Source: an uncultured Candidatus Binatia bacterium
GTDB taxonomy: Bacteria > Desulfobacterota > Binatia > UBA9968 > JAJDTQ01
Reading direction: 5' to 3'
NCBI GenBank assembly: GCA_965242525.1
Contig: OZ251459.1
Coordinates: 3,808,001-3,872,000, forward strand
DNA length: 64,000 nt
The position numbers and the translations under genes were made by a program. Positions 9,078 to 19,822 of this stretch are shown here, in pieces (within the stretch, counting starts at the first letter, position 1; each line of letters opens with the position of its first letter). Under the pieces are notes generated by a model. The model made no database searches and had not been told where the DNA came from. It saw only the letters and a list, made by a program, of their open reading frames with translations.

Positions 9078-10628
9078 ATGGCCGTAGAGGACCGGCTTCT
9101 CCGACTGAAGGAGCTCGACCGCCGCGCGCAACTGGGCGGCGGCGAGTTGCGCATTCGCCGGCAGCACAACGAGGGGAAGCTGCTTGCCCGGGAACGCCTG
9201 GAGCTCCTCCTGGACCCGGGCAGCTTCGTGGAGATGGACCGCCTGCGCACCCACGAATGCACCGACTTCGACATGCAGGACAACAAGATCCCGGGCGACG
9301 CGGTGGTCACCGGCGCCGGCGCCATCGATGGCCGCAACGTCTTCGTCTATGCCCAGGACTTCACCGTGTTCGGGGGGAGCCTGAGCGGTGTGGTGGCGGA
9401 CAAGATCTGCAAGGTCCAGGAACTGGCCATGAAGAACGGCGCTCCCGTCCTTGGCATCAACGATTCCGGGGGGGCGCGCATCCAGGAGGGCGTGGTGAGC
9501 CTGGACGGCTACGCCCGCATCTTCGCCAACAACGTCATGGCCTCGGGGGTGGTGCCGCAGATCTCCGCCATCATGGGACCCTGCGCCGGCGGCGCCGTCT
9601 ATTCCCCGGCCATCACCGACTTCATCTTCATGACCCGCAACACCGGGTACATGTTCATCACCGGACCCGACGTCATCAAGACCGTGACCCACGAGGAAGT
9701 CACGAAGGAGCAGTTGGGCGGGGCGGAGACCCACACCGGCAAGAGCGGAGTGGCCCATTTCTCCGCGGACGACGACAAGGAGTGCCTGCTCATGATGCGC
9801 GAGCTCATGAGCTTCCTGCCCGGCAACAACCTGGAGGAGCCGCCGTTCCATCCCACCGAGGACGACCCCAACCGGCGCGACCAGCGCCTGCGGCACGTGG
9901 TGCCGGAGAACCCCAACCTGCCCTACGACATGAGGGACGTCATCGGCTCGGTGGTGGACGAGGGGTACTTCTTCGAGGTCCACAGGGAGTTCGCCCCCAA
10001 CATCGTGGTGGCGTTCGCGCGGTTGGGAGGACGGACGGTGGGGATCGTCGCCAACCAGCCGGCGCACCTGGCGGGCTGCCTGGACATCGACGCCTCGGTG
10101 AAGGCGGCCCGGTTCGTGCGGTTCTGCGACTGCTTCCACATCCCGGTGGTCACCTTCGTGGACGTCCCCGGCTTCCTCCCCGGCATCAACCAGGAGTACG
10201 ACGGCATCATCCGGCACGGCGCCAAGCTGCTGTTCGCGTACGCGGAGGCCACGGTGCCGAAGATCACCGTCATCACCCGCAAGGCCTACGGCGGCGGCTA
10301 CATCGTCATGGCGAGCAAGTTCCTCCGGGGCGACATCAACCTCGCGTACCCGGGCTCGGAGATCGCGGTGATGGGGCCCGAAGGGGCCATCAACATCGTC
10401 TTTCGCAACGAGCTCAAGGAGGCCAAGGACGAGAAGAAGGCCCGGCAGCGGCTGGTGGAGGACTACCGCAGGATGTTCGCCAACCCGTTCCGGTCCGCGG
10501 AACTCGGCAACCTGGACGCCATCATCGTCCCCGAGGACACCCGCCCGACGCTCGTTCGTTCGCTGGAGATCCTGAAGAAGAAGCGCGAGAACAACCCCCC
10601 CAGGAAGCACGGCAACATCCCCCTCTGA
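9078..10628 (+). CDS. pccB: Acyl-CoA (propionyl/methylmalonyl-CoA) carboxyltransferase subunit
   Basis: [53 protein letters not shown]. Confidence 0.9.
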   Translation: MAVEDRLLRLKELDRRAQLGGGELRIRRQHNEGKLLARERLELLLDPGSFVEMDRLRTHECTDFDMQDNKIPGDAVVTGAGAIDGRNVFVYAQDFTVFGGSLSGVVADKICKVQELAMKNGAPVLGINDSGGARIQEGVVSLDGYARIFANNVMASGVVPQISAIMGPCAGGAVYSPAITDFIFMTRNTGYMFITGPDVIKTVTHEEVTKEQLGGAETHTGKSGVAHFSADDDKECLLMMRELMSFLPGNNLEEPPFHPTEDDPNRRDQRLRHVVPENPNLPYDMRDVIGSVVDEGYFFEVHREFAPNIVVAFARLGGRTVGIVANQPAHLAGCLDIDASVKAARFVRFCDCFHIPVVTFVDVPGFLPGINQEYDGIIRHGAKLLFAYAEATVPKITVITRKAYGGGYIVMASKFLRGDINLAYPGSEIAVMGPEGAINIVFRNELKEAKDEKKARQRLVEDYRRMFANPFRSAELGNLDAIIVPEDTRPTLVRSLEILKKKRENNPPRKHGNIPL

Positions 10629-10678
10629 GCGCGGGGACGCCGACGAAGCGGGCCTTCACCGAGGGGAACCGTCCGACC

Positions 10679-12217
10679 ATGTTCAAACGGATACTGGTGG
10701 CCAACCGCGGCGAGATCGCCGTCCGCATCATCCGGGCGTGCCGCGAGCTGGACATCCAGAGCGTGGCGGTTTACTCCGAGGCCGACCGGGAGGCGCTCCA
10801 CGTCAAGTACGCGGACTACTCCTATCCGGTAGGCCCTGCCCCGTCCGCGGAAAGCTACCTGCGCATCGACCGGATCATCGACGCGGCCCGGAAGAGCCGG
10901 GCGGAGGCCATCCACCCGGGCTACGGTTTCCTCGCCGAGAACCCGGCCTTCGCCCGGGCCTGCGAGGAGGCGGGCATCGTCTTCCTCGGTCCGGCCCCCG
11001 ACGTCATCAAGCAGATGGGCGACAAGGTCCACGCCCGGGCGCTCATGAAGAAGGCGGGGGTGCCGGTGATCCCGGGCTCGGACGACATACTCAACTCCGA
11101 GGACGAGGTGCTGGAGACCGCGGAGGCCATCGGCTACCCCTGCGTGCTCAAGGCCGTGGCCGGCGGCGGCGGCAAGGGGCTGCGCCTGGTGGAGTCGAGC
11201 AAGGAGGTGCGCTCGGCCTTCCGCGCGGTGCGCTCCGAGGCCGCGGCGTCCTTCGGCGACTCCCGGCTCTACGTGGAGAAGTTCCTCCAGCGGTGCCGCC
11301 ACGTGGAGGTGCAGCTCCTGGCCGATACCCACGGCAAGGTGCTGCACCTGTTCAACCGGGAATGCTCCATACAGCGGCGCCACCAGAAGATCATCGAGGA
11401 GTGCCCCGCCCCGGGCATCGACGCGCGGATCCAGAAGGTCATGGGCAAGACCGCGGCCCAGGGGGCCAAGGCGCTGCACTACACGGGCGTGGGCACCATG
11501 GAGTTCCTGGTGGACCGGAACCGTAACTTCTACTTCCTGGAGATGAACACCCGCCTGCAGGTGGAGCACGCCATCACCGAGCGGGTGGTGGGCATCGACT
11601 TGGTGAAGGCGCAGATCAACGTGGCCTCGGGGGAGCGCCTGCCCTGGTCGCAGCGCCAGATCCGGGCCACGGGCCACGCCATCGAGTGCCGCATCTACGC
11701 CGAGGACCCGGAGACCGACTTCATGCCCTGTCCGGGAAAGATCGAAGGACTGCGGCTGCCCGAGGGGTTCGGCATCCGCAACGACTGCGGGGTGTATGAG
11801 GGCGCCGAGATCCCCATCCACTACGACCCCATGATCGCCAAGCTCATCGTCTGGGGCGAGGACCGGGTGGAGGCCATCCGGCGGCTGAAACGGGCCCTGC
11901 GCGAGTATCAGGTCCGGGGCGTCAAGACCAACATCTCCTTCCACCAGTGGATGCTGCGCCACCCCCGGTTCATCGAAGGCGAGCTCCATACCGGCTTCGT
12001 GGACGAGCAGCGGCCTTTCATGGCCATGGAGGAGGTCTATCCGGACCGGCACGTGGCGCTGGCGTCCGCGGCCATCGTGGCCCTGCACCGGGACCAGGAA
12101 CGGGCGCTCCGGCTGGTGGAGAAGGGGGCCGCGGAGAAGTCCGAGTGGCGGGAGGCCGGACGGAGGGAGGCGCTCCGCATCGACTCCGGCGGGTCGAGCC
12201 CGGGGCGGGGTTGGTGA
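10679..12217 (+). CDS. accC: Biotin carboxylase subunit
   Basis: ANRGEIA, HPGYGFLAEN, GGGGKG, RECSIQRRHQK, EMNTRLQVEH. Confidence 0.92.
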   Translation: MFKRILVANRGEIAVRIIRACRELDIQSVAVYSEADREALHVKYADYSYPVGPAPSAESYLRIDRIIDAARKSRAEAIHPGYGFLAENPAFARACEEAGIVFLGPAPDVIKQMGDKVHARALMKKAGVPVIPGSDDILNSEDEVLETAEAIGYPCVLKAVAGGGGKGLRLVESSKEVRSAFRAVRSEAAASFGDSRLYVEKFLQRCRHVEVQLLADTHGKVLHLFNRECSIQRRHQKIIEECPAPGIDARIQKVMGKTAAQGAKALHYTGVGTMEFLVDRNRNFYFLEMNTRLQVEHAITERVVGIDLVKAQINVASGERLPWSQRQIRATGHAIECRIYAEDPETDFMPCPGKIEGLRLPEGFGIRNDCGVYEGAEIPIHYDPMIAKLIVWGEDRVEAIRRLKRALREYQVRGVKTNISFHQWMLRHPRFIEGELHTGFVDEQRPFMAMEEVYPDRHVALASAAIVALHRDQERALRLVEKGAAEKSEWREAGRREALRIDSGGSSPGRGW

Positions 12218-12220
12218 CCC

Positions 12221-12724
12221 GTGGCGTTCATCGCAAAGTTCGGCGGCCAGACCTCGGTGGTGCGGATCACCGAGACCCGCAAGTCCCTCTACCGGGTGGT
12301 GGTGGACGGGCACGAGTTCACGGTGGACGGGAGGAGGACGGGCCGGAACAACTACTCGCTGTTGATCGACAACCGTTCCTTCGAGGTGGACGTGGACACC
12401 ACGGAGGACGAATACCGCGTGCTGCTCGACGGCAGGACCTACCGCATCCGCATGTCCGACGAGCGCCAAGTCCGCGTGGGCGACCGGCAGTCCGGCGTCG
12501 AGGTGTCCGGTCGGCAGGAGATCCGCGTCCCCATGCCCGGCAAGGTGGTGGCGGTGCTGGTGAACGAGGGGGACACGGTGGCCAAGGGCCAGGGCCTGGT
12601 GATCGTCGAGGCCATGAAGATGGAGAACGAGATACGCGCGCCAAGCAACGGCGAGGTCCGGGAGATCCGCATCAAGGCCGAGGAGTCCGTGGAAGCCGGA
12701 CAGGTGCTGGCGGTGGTGGAATAG
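12221..12724 (+). CDS. Biotin carboxyl carrier protein
   Basis: PMPGKV and EAMKM biotinylation motif. Confidence 0.9.
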   Translation: MAFIAKFGGQTSVVRITETRKSLYRVVVDGHEFTVDGRRTGRNNYSLLIDNRSFEVDVDTTEDEYRVLLDGRTYRIRMSDERQVRVGDRQSGVEVSGRQEIRVPMPGKVVAVLVNEGDTVAKGQGLVIVEAMKMENEIRAPSNGEVREIRIKAEESVEAGQVLAVVE

Positions 12725-12754
12725 ACGGTTCCCGCCGGGCTGTTCCTTCTCCCT

Positions 12755-12807
12755 TTATCCCCGTTCGTCCTGAGCGTAGCGAAGCGAAGTCGAAGGACGC
12801 GCTTTCC
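12755..12807. repeat. Truncated family A repeat core between convergent genes
   Basis: CCCCGTTCGTCCTGAGCGTAGCGAAGCGAAGTCGAAGGACGCGCTTTCC. Confidence 0.8.
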
Positions 12808-13571
12808 TATTCCTCTTTTCCCTCCTCCTCCTCCGTCTTCCGCCCCACGAAATACACCAGCACGATGGTGAGACCGTAGAGCGCCGTCAACGGCAGCGCC
12901 AGCAGCACCTGCGAGACCACGTCGGGCGGCGTGAGCACGGCGCCCAGCACGACGATTCCCAGGAACGCGTAGGGGAACCGGCGCATCATCATGCGGTGGT
13001 CGATGAACCCGACCCGGGCCAGGAAGACCCCCGCCACCGGCAACTCGAACACGACCCCGAAGGCCAGCATGAGCCGGGCCGAGAAGGACAGGTACTCGCT
13101 CACGCGGATGGCCGGGCGGACGTCGAGATGCTGGTACTGGTCCAGGAAGAACCGGTACCCCACGTCGAATATGACCACGTAGCAGAAGCCGGCTCCGAGC
13201 ACGAAGCACACCGTGCCGAACCCTACGAAACCCCTGGCGTAACGCCGCTCGTGGCCGTAGAGGCCGGGGGCCACGAACCTCCAGGCGTGCCACAGCAGCA
13301 CGGGCAGCGACACGAACAGCGCGGCCACGAACGCCACCTTCAGCTTCGCGAAGAACGCCTCCGCCACGCCGGTGCCGATGACGGTGAGGCCGGAGGCCTC
13401 CAGCCGGAGCAGCGGCGCGGTCATGAAGGCGATGAGCCGGTCTGCCACGGCGTAGCAGAGGAGGAACGCCGCCAGCACGGCCGCAGAGCACCTGATGAGT
13501 CGAGAGCGGAGTTCCTCCAGGTGCGCCGTCAGCGGCATGCTGGCGTCGTTCGACGGGTCAGCCATGTGCAA
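12807..13571 (-). CDS. tatC: Twin-arginine translocase subunit TatC
   Basis: HLEELRSRL, FVAPGLY..ERR, FELP, LTPPD. Confidence 0.93.
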   Translation of the reverse strand: MHMADPSNDASMPLTAHLEELRSRLIRCSAAVLAAFLLCYAVADRLIAFMTAPLLRLEASGLTVIGTGVAEAFFAKLKVAFVAALFVSLPVLLWHAWRFVAPGLYGHERRYARGFVGFGTVCFVLGAGFCYVVIFDVGYRFFLDQYQHLDVRPAIRVSEYLSFSARLMLAFGVVFELPVAGVFLARVGFIDHRMMMRRFPYAFLGIVVLGAVLTPPDVVSQVLLALPLTALYGLTIVLVYFVGRKTEEEEGKEE

Positions 13572-13622
13572 CGAGTCCGGAAGGGTCGGGAAGCATGGGC
13601 CGGAGCCGGGGAGGACCCGCGC

Positions 13623-13913
13623 TCACTCTTTCCGGGCGGGGCCGCCCGCGGGAGACGGAGGCGCGGCATCGGCTTCCGCGCCTTCCCCGGCCGCTTCTCC
13701 GGCCGGCTTGGCGTCCGCGTCGCCGGTCTCGGGCGGGGCCTCCAGCTCGTCAGCGGCGGCCTGCATTTCCCGCTTCACGTCGTCCGTGGTGCGGCGGAAC
13801 TCGGCGAGACCCCGCCCCAGGGAGCGTGCGATCTCCGGCAGTTTCTTGGGCCCCAGGACGATCAGGGCCACCGCCAGGATCAAGAGCAGCTCCGGCATTC
13901 CGATACCAAACAT
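13623..13913 (-). CDS. tatB: Twin-arginine translocase TatA/TatB subunit
   Basis: [30 protein letters not shown], directly upstream of tatC. Confidence 0.8.
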   Translation of the reverse strand: MFGIGMPELLLILAVALIVLGPKKLPEIARSLGRGLAEFRRTTDDVKREMQAAADELEAPPETGDADAKPAGEAAGEGAEADAAPPSPAGGPARKE

Positions 13914-14086
13914 TGCGACTCCCGGGGGCGCGTGCAACGGACCCGCGCGGCGTCGGCAGACGCTCCACGGTCCGTCCGTTACGGGCCACTAGGCTAGGAC
14001 ATTTGCGGGAGCGAGTCAAAGAGCTGCCCTACGAGGGATTTGATTGACAACCCAACCCCTTGTAAGCTGGAAGCAGGAGAGAGACC

Positions 14087-17000
14087 GTGCCGAACTCGTT
14101 GACGGATCCCATGGAAGTATTCACCGGCGTGCTTGAAGACAAGCGGCCGCTGGTGCTGTTCGCCGGCCAGAGTCTCGACACGGCCAGCGACGCCATACTT
14201 GGAACGCTCCTTGCCCGACTTGGCTGCGCGGAGCGCGGCGCTGGATGGCGAGCAGCCATCGAGCAGGGCATGGGTGCATCCGACATGGAGTGGCTGTCCG
14301 AACGGTTCGACCGAAGCGTGCCATCCGACCCCGCCTCCCGAATTTTCGACGTCCCATGGAGCGCGGTGTTCACCTCGTCCATCGACCCCCACTTTGCGCG
14401 GCGGTTCGAGACCCGCGGGCGGCAGCCCGAGCCGGTGCTTTCCAAGGATGCCTACCCGAGGGTTCCTCGTAGCCGTTCGAGGCCGCCAATCCACTATCTC
14501 TTCGGTAAAGCCGACGAAACCGTAGATGAGGCGCGGGCGCCCGGAAGTCAAGGCAGTCTGACGCGCCGCCTCAGCCTTCACGCCACGGCGCTGGTCAACC
14601 GTATTGCGGAAACTGCGACTGTAGGCGGCCTGGTGGTCATAGCCGGCTACGACCCGATTGGGGATTGGCTGCCGATGGACTCCCTGTTGGCGCCCTTGTA
14701 TGGCCAGGCCGGCCCCAAGGTCCTGTGGTTCGGCCGTGCCGACAAACCGGACTCGGACCTCGCTGACGAGATGCTGGTGTCGGGGTCGCTCGTGGTGACG
14801 CCGGAGACCCTGACGAGCGCAATCGCACAGCTCGAACTCCGCGGCGTGCTCGATGTTGCAGGATCCGCTGCCCCGGACGAGCCGGGCATGGTGTCCATCG
14901 CCAAGGGGGCGGTACTGGACATCACGCCTGCCCTGCGGCTCCGAGTGGAGGCTTCGGCGTCCATCGTCGATGACACATGGACGGAAGAGCCGGAGTCACT
15001 GGACGGTTTCGAGTTGTATGGCGCCTTTCGCCGATTCCACGGCGCCCTTGGCAACTTCAGGTCGCTGGTGGAGGGGGTGGCGCGCGGGTTTGCGGTAGAA
15101 CGCGAGTTCGAGCGTACCCTTTGGAATACGGTGGAGAAAAAGCTGGATCGGCTTCGGCAACCCGACTCCGACGACGTGGTCGTCCTGCACGGGCAGTCAG
15201 GCGCCGGAAAGAGCATCGCGCTTGCGCGGTTGACCCGGAGGATCCGTCGTGAGCGGTGCCTGCCTGTTCTGGCGGCGACGAACCGGATACCCCATCCCCA
15301 GGACGTCGAAGCATTCTGTCAGGAATCCGAGCGCTTGGGGGCCACGACGGTTCTGGTCTGTGACTCTAGCCAACCTCCACAACGCTATGAGGACCTGGCG
15401 TCCGCCTTGCGGAGTCGTGGACGGCGGTTGCTCATTGTCGGCACGTGCTATCGCCTCCCCGACAGGAGCCGTTCGAATCGACTAGTAGAGGCGCCAGCCC
15501 ACGTCTCGGAGGCCGAGATGGCGGCGTTCACAGAACTGTCGAACAGGTTCGACTTGCCCCCTGACATCGCTGATACCGACACGAACTCCATTTTCGCCAT
15601 GCTGTACCGCCGATTGTCCGTCTCGCGCCATCGGCTTGCGGCTGGCGTGTCATCGGAAGCGCGAGCGGCCGAAGGTATGGTGCGGGAGCGGGCGAGGCAT
15701 GCGCCGCGGCCCGCCGCCAACCTTTCTCCCATCGCACTACAGCTAATCAAACTGGGCATCCTCAGCGAGACTTCGCCCTTGTTCGAAGATGATGAAAGGC
15801 TTGCAGCTTCGGGCTTGGACGAGGCTGGACGGTTGATCGATTACGTCATGGCCGCTGGACGGCTGAACAGCGCCATGCCTGTCAACCTCCTGTTTCGGGT
15901 TCTGGGCCACGCCAGCGGATTGCACTCGGACCAGTTCAGCCATCTTCTGGGGGATCTCGATCTCTTCCGTTGGAGACAGGATGAAGAAGGGTCAGACTTC
16001 CTGATCGCTCCACGCATACAACTGGAGGCCGATCTCATATGCAGACGGCGGCTGACGCCGGAACAGGAAATCGAACGGTTGATCGAATTGATCCGCGGTG
16101 TCAGACCTGGAGTGGATCGAGGGAACGAAAAGTCATTCCTACTCGACCTGATGTTCAAGCTGGATCGTAATGGACCAAGAAAAGATGCATACGGTTGCGG
16201 CTACCTGCGGTTTGCCAACGCGCTCAAGGAATTGCGGGAACAGAACGGCATATTCGATGCGGACATCGTCTTACGTGAATGTGCGTTACGATGCCATGCC
16301 GTAGTCCGATCACAAAGCGATCCTGACGTAGATGGAACCGACGATGAACGGCTGGCCATCCTGGATGAGGCCCGCGATACCATCGAAACGACCCTGCGTA
16401 CGATCGACGAGAGGAAACTTCGGGTATCCAGAAGGACGAAGCAAAGCCTCGTTACGGAGCGTTCGACAATATACGGACTCCTCGCCGTTCAGCGTGCACA
16501 GTCCGGCGGCGGGGATTTCTGGTCGGACTATCTCGCCGCCAGAGTAGCGAGCGAGACAGCCCTGGGACTGGGCGGGAACACCTACCCCATCGACATCGCC
16601 CTCTGGACGGCGACGGACGTGCTCGAATGGAAGAAAGGCGAACTGTCGGACGCACAACGAGCCGAGGTATTGGCCGACCTGTATGCAACCATCGACTATG
16701 CAGACTGTGTGTTCAGGGTGAAGGAAGTGTTAAAGGTAAATGCACCGAATACCAAGGCCCCGAACGGCTTGCAGGAAGACAGTGGACCGGACGAGGGCTC
16801 GGTCGCTCCGAATCAAAAGGACTATCTGAAGCGTCGCACCCGTGTTGCATACGCGTTGGGCGACGCGAGAATGAGCAATGAAACGCTGGCCGCATTGGAA
16901 AGCGTCGCACCCGAGGCCGCAACCTTTCTCATTGCAAGGCGGCAGGCAGAGGCAGTCTATGGGAGCGCGCCGCCTTTCAACGGAGAGACCCGCAGCATCG

Positions 17001-17581
17001 CAGCGAAGGCGGCCGACTACCTGTCCGGTCGAAACGACGCCGGAATCTCGCTGGACGACCGTTGCCTCCGTCTCTGGCTCAGGTTGCGATGGGCGCAGGC
17101 AACCGGCGAGCGCCTGATGTTCGACCATCGCGGCCGTACTCCCGCGGACACGGGTCAGATCACCGAGTTGCTCAAGGTCGTAGGCGACCTCAATGAACAG
17201 GCCGGCGCCGATGCACGCAACCGGGAACGGTTCCTCGAAGCGGTGTTGTGCTGGCTCCTCAAAGATACCAGCCACGCGATCAAGATGTGGCAGTCGTTGT
17301 CGCAGGACACCGATTATGAGGACCCATCACGCGTGAAACGATGGCTCGTGCAGACGGACGCCAGCGGTTCTCCGCGTCGATTCCAGGGACGGGTCGAAGC
17401 GAAAGGCGAGGACAACTGGCGAGTTCGAGTGGAAGGCATCGGGAGGCCGATCCTGTTGCGAGGACAGGATTTCCCGAACGAGGACCTAGCCCATGGCCGG
17501 GAACTGCGGGAGATTGGCATCGCCTTCAGCTACACCGGCCCCATTGCTGATCCGCTCTCACGTCCAATGCGGGGACGATGA
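14087..17581 (+). CDS. SIR2-like (degenerate) + STAND-type P-loop NTPase + helical repeat + C-terminal OB/CSD-like protein; putative defence sensor
   Basis: SIR2-like motifs LFAGQS, WSAVFTSSID, YLFG, IAGYD; Walker A GQSGAGKS (15191-15214); Walker B VLVCD; beta-rich tail ending IAFSYTGP; codon style differs from flanking genes. Confidence 0.7.
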   Translation: MPNSLTDPMEVFTGVLEDKRPLVLFAGQSLDTASDAILGTLLARLGCAERGAGWRAAIEQGMGASDMEWLSERFDRSVPSDPASRIFDVPWSAVFTSSIDPHFARRFETRGRQPEPVLSKDAYPRVPRSRSRPPIHYLFGKADETVDEARAPGSQGSLTRRLSLHATALVNRIAETATVGGLVVIAGYDPIGDWLPMDSLLAPLYGQAGPKVLWFGRADKPDSDLADEMLVSGSLVVTPETLTSAIAQLELRGVLDVAGSAAPDEPGMVSIAKGAVLDITPALRLRVEASASIVDDTWTEEPESLDGFELYGAFRRFHGALGNFRSLVEGVARGFAVEREFERTLWNTVEKKLDRLRQPDSDDVVVLHGQSGAGKSIALARLTRRIRRERCLPVLAATNRIPHPQDVEAFCQESERLGATTVLVCDSSQPPQRYEDLASALRSRGRRLLIVGTCYRLPDRSRSNRLVEAPAHVSEAEMAAFTELSNRFDLPPDIADTDTNSIFAMLYRRLSVSRHRLAAGVSSEARAAEGMVRERARHAPRPAANLSPIALQLIKLGILSETSPLFEDDERLAASGLDEAGRLIDYVMAAGRLNSAMPVNLLFRVLGHASGLHSDQFSHLLGDLDLFRWRQDEEGSDFLIAPRIQLEADLICRRRLTPEQEIERLIELIRGVRPGVDRGNEKSFLLDLMFKLDRNGPRKDAYGCGYLRFANALKELREQNGIFDADIVLRECALRCHAVVRSQSDPDVDGTDDERLAILDEARDTIETTLRTIDERKLRVSRRTKQSLVTERSTIYGLLAVQRAQSGGGDFWSDYLAARVASETALGLGGNTYPIDIALWTATDVLEWKKGELSDAQRAEVLADLYATIDYADCVFRVKEVLKVNAPNTKAPNGLQEDSGPDEGSVAPNQKDYLKRRTRVAYALGDARMSNETLAALESVAPEAATFLIARRQAEAVYGSAPPFNGETRSIAAKAADYLSGRNDAGISLDDRCLRLWLRLRWAQATGERLMFDHRGRTPADTGQITELLKVVGDLNEQAGADARNRERFLEAVLCWLLKDTSHAIKMWQSLSQDTDYEDPSRVKRWLVQTDASGSPRRFQGRVEAKGEDNWRVRVEGIGRPILLRGQDFPNEDLAHGRELREIGIAFSYTGPIADPLSRPMRGR

Positions 17582-18453
17582 CCCCCATCGAGCTCAGCAA
17601 CCTCTACCAAACGCTTCGCACTCGCGTTTCCATCCACTGCCCGGACGGTTGCGCCGAGATCTCACTGCGGTTGCCATCCGATTTCGACGGTGAGTTGGCG
17701 TTCTATCGTCTGGTCATGTGGGGACATGCCCTCGTCAACGAAGCGGCTAGGGTCCCCCTTGCCTTCCTCGCGAAGTTGCCGCCGCTCAAGGCCAACCGTT
17801 CGTTCCGCGACGAAACGTCCCGATTGCGAACCTACCTGACCCACAACCTGGGTCTCAACAAGGCGCGGGATCAGGGGACTCACGCCTTCGTTCATCGTTG
17901 GTTCAGGGAGGCGTGCGAGTACGGCAGTCCCGAGGGCGCCGCCCATTACGCCGCTTGTTGTGACTGCCTCGCCGGCAGGCTTCGGGAATTGCTCGACGGC
18001 GCGATTGCGGCCTGCGACCTGCTCGATGATCCGGAGGATGGTCCAAGACTCGTTGCCGACCTCAGGGGACGCCTGGAAGTCGATTGGGAAGCGTCTCGTT
18101 TCGATCCGCTGGTCGAGAAGTGCTCGGTCCGATTGGGCGATCCGGGCATCAACCTGAAGGGGCTCCGCGGAATGCATCTCGAAAAGTGGCGCCAAACGCT
18201 TTCTCAAGCCGACGAGAACGAACGCGAGCGCGTCCTCGAACAGCGAATCGAAGCCGATCTTCTGGCGGCCATTGGCGATGCCCTGCCCCGGACCGTCCGG
18301 GAGAAGCTGCAACGGGTCGCCGCAAGCGCCGAGGCGACTGTCGCGGCGCTGCTCCTGTTGCGTGAGGCCCGGCGCCTCGGCGCGATGTCGCTGCCGCAGA
18401 TCATCGATTTCGTCAGTTCCCAAGCCACGGGACTTGACGGATCCGAAGCCTGA
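17578..18453 (+). CDS. Hypothetical helical protein with RxxxxH (HEPN-like) motif
   Basis: ATGA overlap with upstream gene; R84-TYLT-H89 (17827-17844) with upstream Glu55. Confidence 0.6.
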   Translation: MTPIELSNLYQTLRTRVSIHCPDGCAEISLRLPSDFDGELAFYRLVMWGHALVNEAARVPLAFLAKLPPLKANRSFRDETSRLRTYLTHNLGLNKARDQGTHAFVHRWFREACEYGSPEGAAHYAACCDCLAGRLRELLDGAIAACDLLDDPEDGPRLVADLRGRLEVDWEASRFDPLVEKCSVRLGDPGINLKGLRGMHLEKWRQTLSQADENERERVLEQRIEADLLAAIGDALPRTVREKLQRVAASAEATVAALLLLREARRLGAMSLPQIIDFVSSQATGLDGSEA

Positions 18454-18494
18454 GCTTGCCGTCTGCTCGTAATCGAAGTTTTATGAAATAACTC

Positions 18495-18507
18495 CAACCC
18501 ATTGATT
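18495..18507. promoter_or_regulatory. IHF-consensus site in AT-rich insert boundary
   Basis: CAACCCATTGATT matches YAANNNNTTGATW. Confidence 0.4.
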
Positions 18508-18735
18508 TTACTAACTTTTGTTACCATCAACCGTCCTTTCTCCTCAAAGGGAAAGTGACGCCGCGGGTGCCGTAGGAAGCACATGGGCGCGCCCGGATCC
18601 GTTCAGGGTCAAGGTAGGGGAGAGAGGAAACGCCGTCTTGGGCCATCCTGAGAGACTGGGAGGTGTCTCTGGGGGTCAGGGTTGGCTGCTAGTACTTTGA
18701 CCCCGCGTGCCGCATGGTGGTAAAGTAGGCGGAAC

Positions 18736-19770
18736 ATGCCTCGTTCCGCCATCGTGGCCGACCCCGTGTTCCTGAAGCACGAACCCGGCCCGCACCATCC
18801 CGAGAACCCGCAACGTCTCAGGACCCTGCTGGACCTCGCCCACGAGGTGGCGGAGGGGAGCGCGGACTTCGAGTTGCTGCCGCTGCGCGCCGCGGTGCAG
18901 GAAGAACTGGAGTTGTGCCATGGCGCGGGCTACATCGACCTGGTGCGCTCCACCTCGGAGCACAACCGGTTCGCGCTGGACGGGGACACCGTCACCTGCC
19001 GGGACTCGTTCGGCGTGGCGCTCATGGCGGTGGGAGGGTTCCTGCAGATGCTCGACGCCCTGGCCGCGGGCGATTACCGCAACGGCTTCACCCTGGTCCG
19101 GCCTCCCGGCCACCACGCGCTGCGGGACCGGGGCATGGGGTTCTGCCTGTTCAACACCGCGGCCATCGGCGCCCGGTACTTGCAGAAGGTCCACGGCGCC
19201 CGGCGGGTGGCGGTGGTGGACTGGGACGTGCACCACGGCAACGGCTCCCAGGACGCCTTCTACGACGATCCCTCGGCGCTGTTCCTGTCCACGCACCAAT
19301 ACCCTTACTACCCCGGCACCGGAGCGGTGGACGAAGCGGGCCGCGGCAAGGGGGAAGGTTACACCGTGAACGTGCCCCTTCCCGCGGGGTGCGGCGACGA
19401 CGAGTACTTGGCGGTGTTCCGGGAGGTGGTGGTCCCGGTGGTCGAAGGCTACGGCCCCGACTGGCTGCTGGTGTCCGCGGGCTTCGATTCCCACCGGGCC
19501 GACCCCCTCGGGGCCATGAACGTCACCGAGCAGGGCTTCGGCGTCATGGCCGACGCGCTCCTGGAGCTTGCCCGGAAGCACGCAGGCGGCAGGGTCGCGT
19601 TCCTGCTGGAGGGCGGCTACGACCTTTCGGCCCTCCGCAACTCCGTGGCCGCGGTGCTGGAACGCATGAAGTCGGACGGGACCTCCGCCGCGGACGTCCG
19701 GGACGCCGACGGAGGACGCATCGACGCGCGCATCCGGGAGGTGCTCCGGGTCCGGGAAAGGTACGGGTAG
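18736..19770 (+). CDS. Histone deacetylase-family amidohydrolase
   Basis: [39 protein letters not shown]. Confidence 0.92.
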   Translation: MPRSAIVADPVFLKHEPGPHHPENPQRLRTLLDLAHEVAEGSADFELLPLRAAVQEELELCHGAGYIDLVRSTSEHNRFALDGDTVTCRDSFGVALMAVGGFLQMLDALAAGDYRNGFTLVRPPGHHALRDRGMGFCLFNTAAIGARYLQKVHGARRVAVVDWDVHHGNGSQDAFYDDPSALFLSTHQYPYYPGTGAVDEAGRGKGEGYTVNVPLPAGCGDDEYLAVFREVVVPVVEGYGPDWLLVSAGFDSHRADPLGAMNVTEQGFGVMADALLELARKHAGGRVAFLLEGGYDLSALRNSVAAVLERMKSDGTSAADVRDADGGRIDARIREVLRVRERYG

Positions 19771-19822
19771 GGGCTACGGGCAGGGCGCGCCCCGGAGGCG
19801 GCGCGGCCCCGAGATACACGAC

